Made by a program: the position numbers and the translations under genes. The notes under the pieces were generated by a model. It worked only from the letters and a program-made list of their open reading frames with translations. It was not told the DNA's origin and searched no databases. A DNA stretch of 64,000 bases from Neoconidiobolus thromboides FSU 785. Lineage: Eukaryota; Fungi; Entomophthoromycota. Where the stretch lies: NCBI GenBank assembly GCA_025603075.1, contig MU626290.1, forward strand, positions 62,001 to 126,000, given 5' to 3'. Positions 61,259 to 64,000 of this stretch are shown piece by piece; the stretch's first letter is position 1; each line of letters starts with the position of its first letter.

Positions 61259-62623
61259 TTAAATTTCTAAATTATAATGTTCTTCTTGAATATTAGGCAA
61301 AATTAAGAACACATCCGTACCATATCCTTCCAATGATTGCAGCTCTAAACCTCCTCCAAAATACTCAGCATAAACTTTTGTCATAGGTAATCCTAATAAA
61401 TAATATTAAAAGGAATTTTGGATCATAATTTTATTAATCTCACCATATCCTAAACCAGCTATATATATTAAAAAATAACAATAAATAAAATAATCAAAAT
61501 AAAATAAAATAAAAGTTACCCATTGGACCACCAATACCCGCTTGCATTGAAAGTTTACTTTGTACACTAAATATTGAGTCATCTTCATTATCTAGACTAG
61601 GTACCGTTGTGTATGAATACTTAAATATATTCTTAAGATCTGATGATGGAATACCACCTCCCTGATCTCTAATTCTAATACAGATATGTGATTTTTCTTG
61701 TGAAAATGTTATAGCTACCGGCGGCATTTCCCTATCGTCATTCTTCTTCTTTTGATAGCATTCTACTGTTGCCCTAAAAGCATTCTTTAACAATTCAATA
61801 GCAATATATTCCAAATGAATAGGTGCGTATTTAAATTTAGCATCTGTATGTCCATCATATATTACTTCAGGTGATTCACCATAATTTACTTCGCATATTT
61901 GTGACACCTGATTAACCACTGACTTGAATAACTGATATGGCGACAATTTTGTATTCATAATACCAACATAATCTGGATGAGATTCTTGATGTAAAGCCAA
62001 ATGTTGTTCAGCAATCAAACGAATACTGATACGTGCTCTTATCATTTCATTTAGAAAATTATCGATCTCTTCTTGTTTTAAATAAGGTTGACACTCTCTA
62101 AACCCTTGTGCTAATTTTGGGATTACATCCGCATGGCTTTCTACTAAATTTAATAACTGCTCTGTAAATTTTTTATCTTGTTCTGCAGAATAAATCGAGG
62201 GCTGTCTTCTCAAAGTTTCAAATGAATCATAATATAGCTTATAAACTGTAGACAAATGTGGATTCAATCCTACTATATATGGTAAACTTTGAAATGCTAA
62301 TACTCGTTTTGCTAACCTTGGGGTTAGCTCATTTAATGTATATTGTCCTGATTGGATCAATTTTTCTTGTTCTAATGGTGGCCTTCCAAACTGCAATAAA
62401 TCTTGTAGTCTTACTGTACCTATATTTTTACTTCCATACTAGCAAAGGAATAAATATTAGTAAAATTTAAATCTTTAAATGCATTTACTTTTGGCACTTC
62501 TTGATCATAAAATGAGACGACTTTTTGAGGTGATTTATAACTTCTCGTTTGTTGTATTATATTTGTTGCTAATAATCCTTTTGTTATTTTATTAACTTTA
62601 GTTGGTATTACCCGCAATCTCAT
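61259..62623 (-). CDS. Mitochondrial PDK/BCKDK-family protein kinase (GHKL fold)
   Basis: [54 protein letters not shown]|[26 protein letters not shown]. Confidence 0.93.
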
Positions 62624-63103
62624 ATTAAAAAGATAAAAGTTATAAAAGTTTTATTTCTATCTTATGTGACGTTGGATTAAGTCACTCTTTTTTGCAAGAA
62701 ACTTGCAAGTTTTTTGCACATTTGTTTGTTAATTAATCCGAAATTTTTAGTGAATTTTATCTTGACTCATTCTAATTAAATATTACTCCTTAAACTTTAA
62801 TTTTATAAATAGCAATAACTTAAAATAAATTTTGAACTTGCTACCTTTTTGAATGCTAATTGAATATTCATAATTATAAATTGTATTCAAGTGCCAGCAC
62901 AGCATATCTATTAACAACATAAATTTATTAGCATATATCACTATAGATAATAAATACATACTCTGAAAATTTCAAGATAATATTCTTTAAATATTTATTA
63001 AAATTTAAATTTTAAAAATTAACAAATTTTTATTAATTAAAATATTAATTTTTTGATTACAAGTATAATAAGTTAGTAGTATAGATAAATGAAATTTCAT
63101 GAT

Positions 63104-64000
63104 TTAAGGATGATCCTTTCTATAGTCAGCTATTAATCCAATAACAGCATCAATTGACCCAAAGATAACACAAACAACGGCAACAACTAAAATGAGAGCA
63201 ATCCAAAGGTATTCATACCAAGGACGTCCACGGATACCGAAAAGCTTAAGATGACAAAGGGTAGGCACTAAAAAGATCAACATACATTCAGAGATAGCAC
63301 CAACTAAAGACATAAGATTTCCAAAGTATGGAATAACATTACCAATAACCACTAATACAACAACAATAAAAGTACGTAAAACTAAACGGCAAATAAATTC
63401 TTTAAATTTTCCAAGTTTTTCAACATTAATGTTTAACCATCTCTCAATTTCTAAAGCAAAGGAGCATAAAAACACAGGTGATGCACATAATACGTGGCAA
63501 GAAATCAAAATAACAGCAGCAGTTTTAGCATTGACATCAGGGAGATTTTTGAAAATTGGAGATAAAGTTTGATCTCCATAAACATAATAACATACACCAG
63601 CAATAAGAGCGTATAAAACAAGGGCAGTGGCAGTGGCAGCAACTAAAATATAGTTCCAATGTTCTGGTTTTTTCATAGAACGATAAACATGTGGGTAAAC
63701 AACAGTACCACCATAAGAGAAACAAATAGTTGAGAGAGCAATTGGGATACCAGTCCAATTTACATCTTCATAAACTGGAGCTTTGGTGATATTTGGGAGA
63801 TCCATGATACCTAAGGTAACTGAAACAATAACTACAACTACGGTTGATAATGTACCAAACACTGAAATTAAAGCAACTTCTTGAATTGTTTTAAGTAATA
63901 CGAATGGAACCCAAACAATAAGACCCGCTATTATAATCCACCAAACTTGACTAATTTCATTTCCATTGGCATCAGCAATACTTTTAAAGTTGGTACCAGC
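63104..64000 (-). CDS. Amino-acid/auxin permease (AVT/Aa_trans family), 3' part
   Basis: Multiple TM helices; FSYGGTVVYPHVYRSMKKP, YYVYGD, IPYFGNLMSLVGA; frame open to window edge. Confidence 0.9.
   Translation of the reverse strand, partial: AGTNFKSIADANGNEISQVWWIIIAGLIVWVPFVLLKTIQEVALISVFGTLSTVVVVIVSVTLGIMDLPNITKAPVYEDVNWTGIPIALSTICFSYGGTVVYPHVYRSMKKPEHWNYILVAATATALVLYALIAGVCYYVYGDQTLSPIFKNLPDVNAKTAAVILISCHVLCASPVFLCSFALEIERWLNINVEKLGKFKEFICRLVLRTFIVVVLVVIGNVIPYFGNLMSLVGAISECMLIFLVPTLCHLKLFGIRGRPWYEYLWIALILVVAVVCVIFGSIDAVIGLIADYRKDHP

Overview
AT-rich eukaryotic genomic DNA from an intron-rich fungus with very short (~45-60 nt) GT-AG introns. Composition, intron style and an intronless rhodopsin-like GPCR suggest an early-diverging fungus, plausibly Entomophthoromycotina/Conidiobolus-like (inference). 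I assembled about 30 mostly spliced protein-coding genes by hand: alpha-actinin, SSH4/EAR1-like, GPx, TAL1, Clr4/SUV39H, RSM18, ThiD, ATP17, TMEM70-like, NDUFB4, ALKBH8-like, ODC, V-ATPase c, F-box/LRR, two NT5C3, TFB4, THOC5-like, ATG12, RTG2-like, MRPL22, GPCR, PRP31, KCH1, alpha/beta hydrolase, an eEF2 paralogue, PDK/BCKDK and an amino-acid permease. There is also one tRNA-Leu(TAA). Intergenic DNA carries 20 copies of a ~105 bp TA-flanked fold-back MITE plus two other decayed repeat families. Highlights: (1) a full-length intronless eEF2 paralogue that has lost its switch I/II GTPase motifs and has altered domain IV tip loops; (2) a small secreted precursor predicted to release a 40-aa amphipathic GIGK- peptide; (3) the MITE family, with a filled/empty site pair and strong CpG decay; (4) a stand-alone RRM gene sharing an intron position with a methyltransferase-less ALKBH8. 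Gene models and family calls are manual and recalled from motifs, not from database searches.
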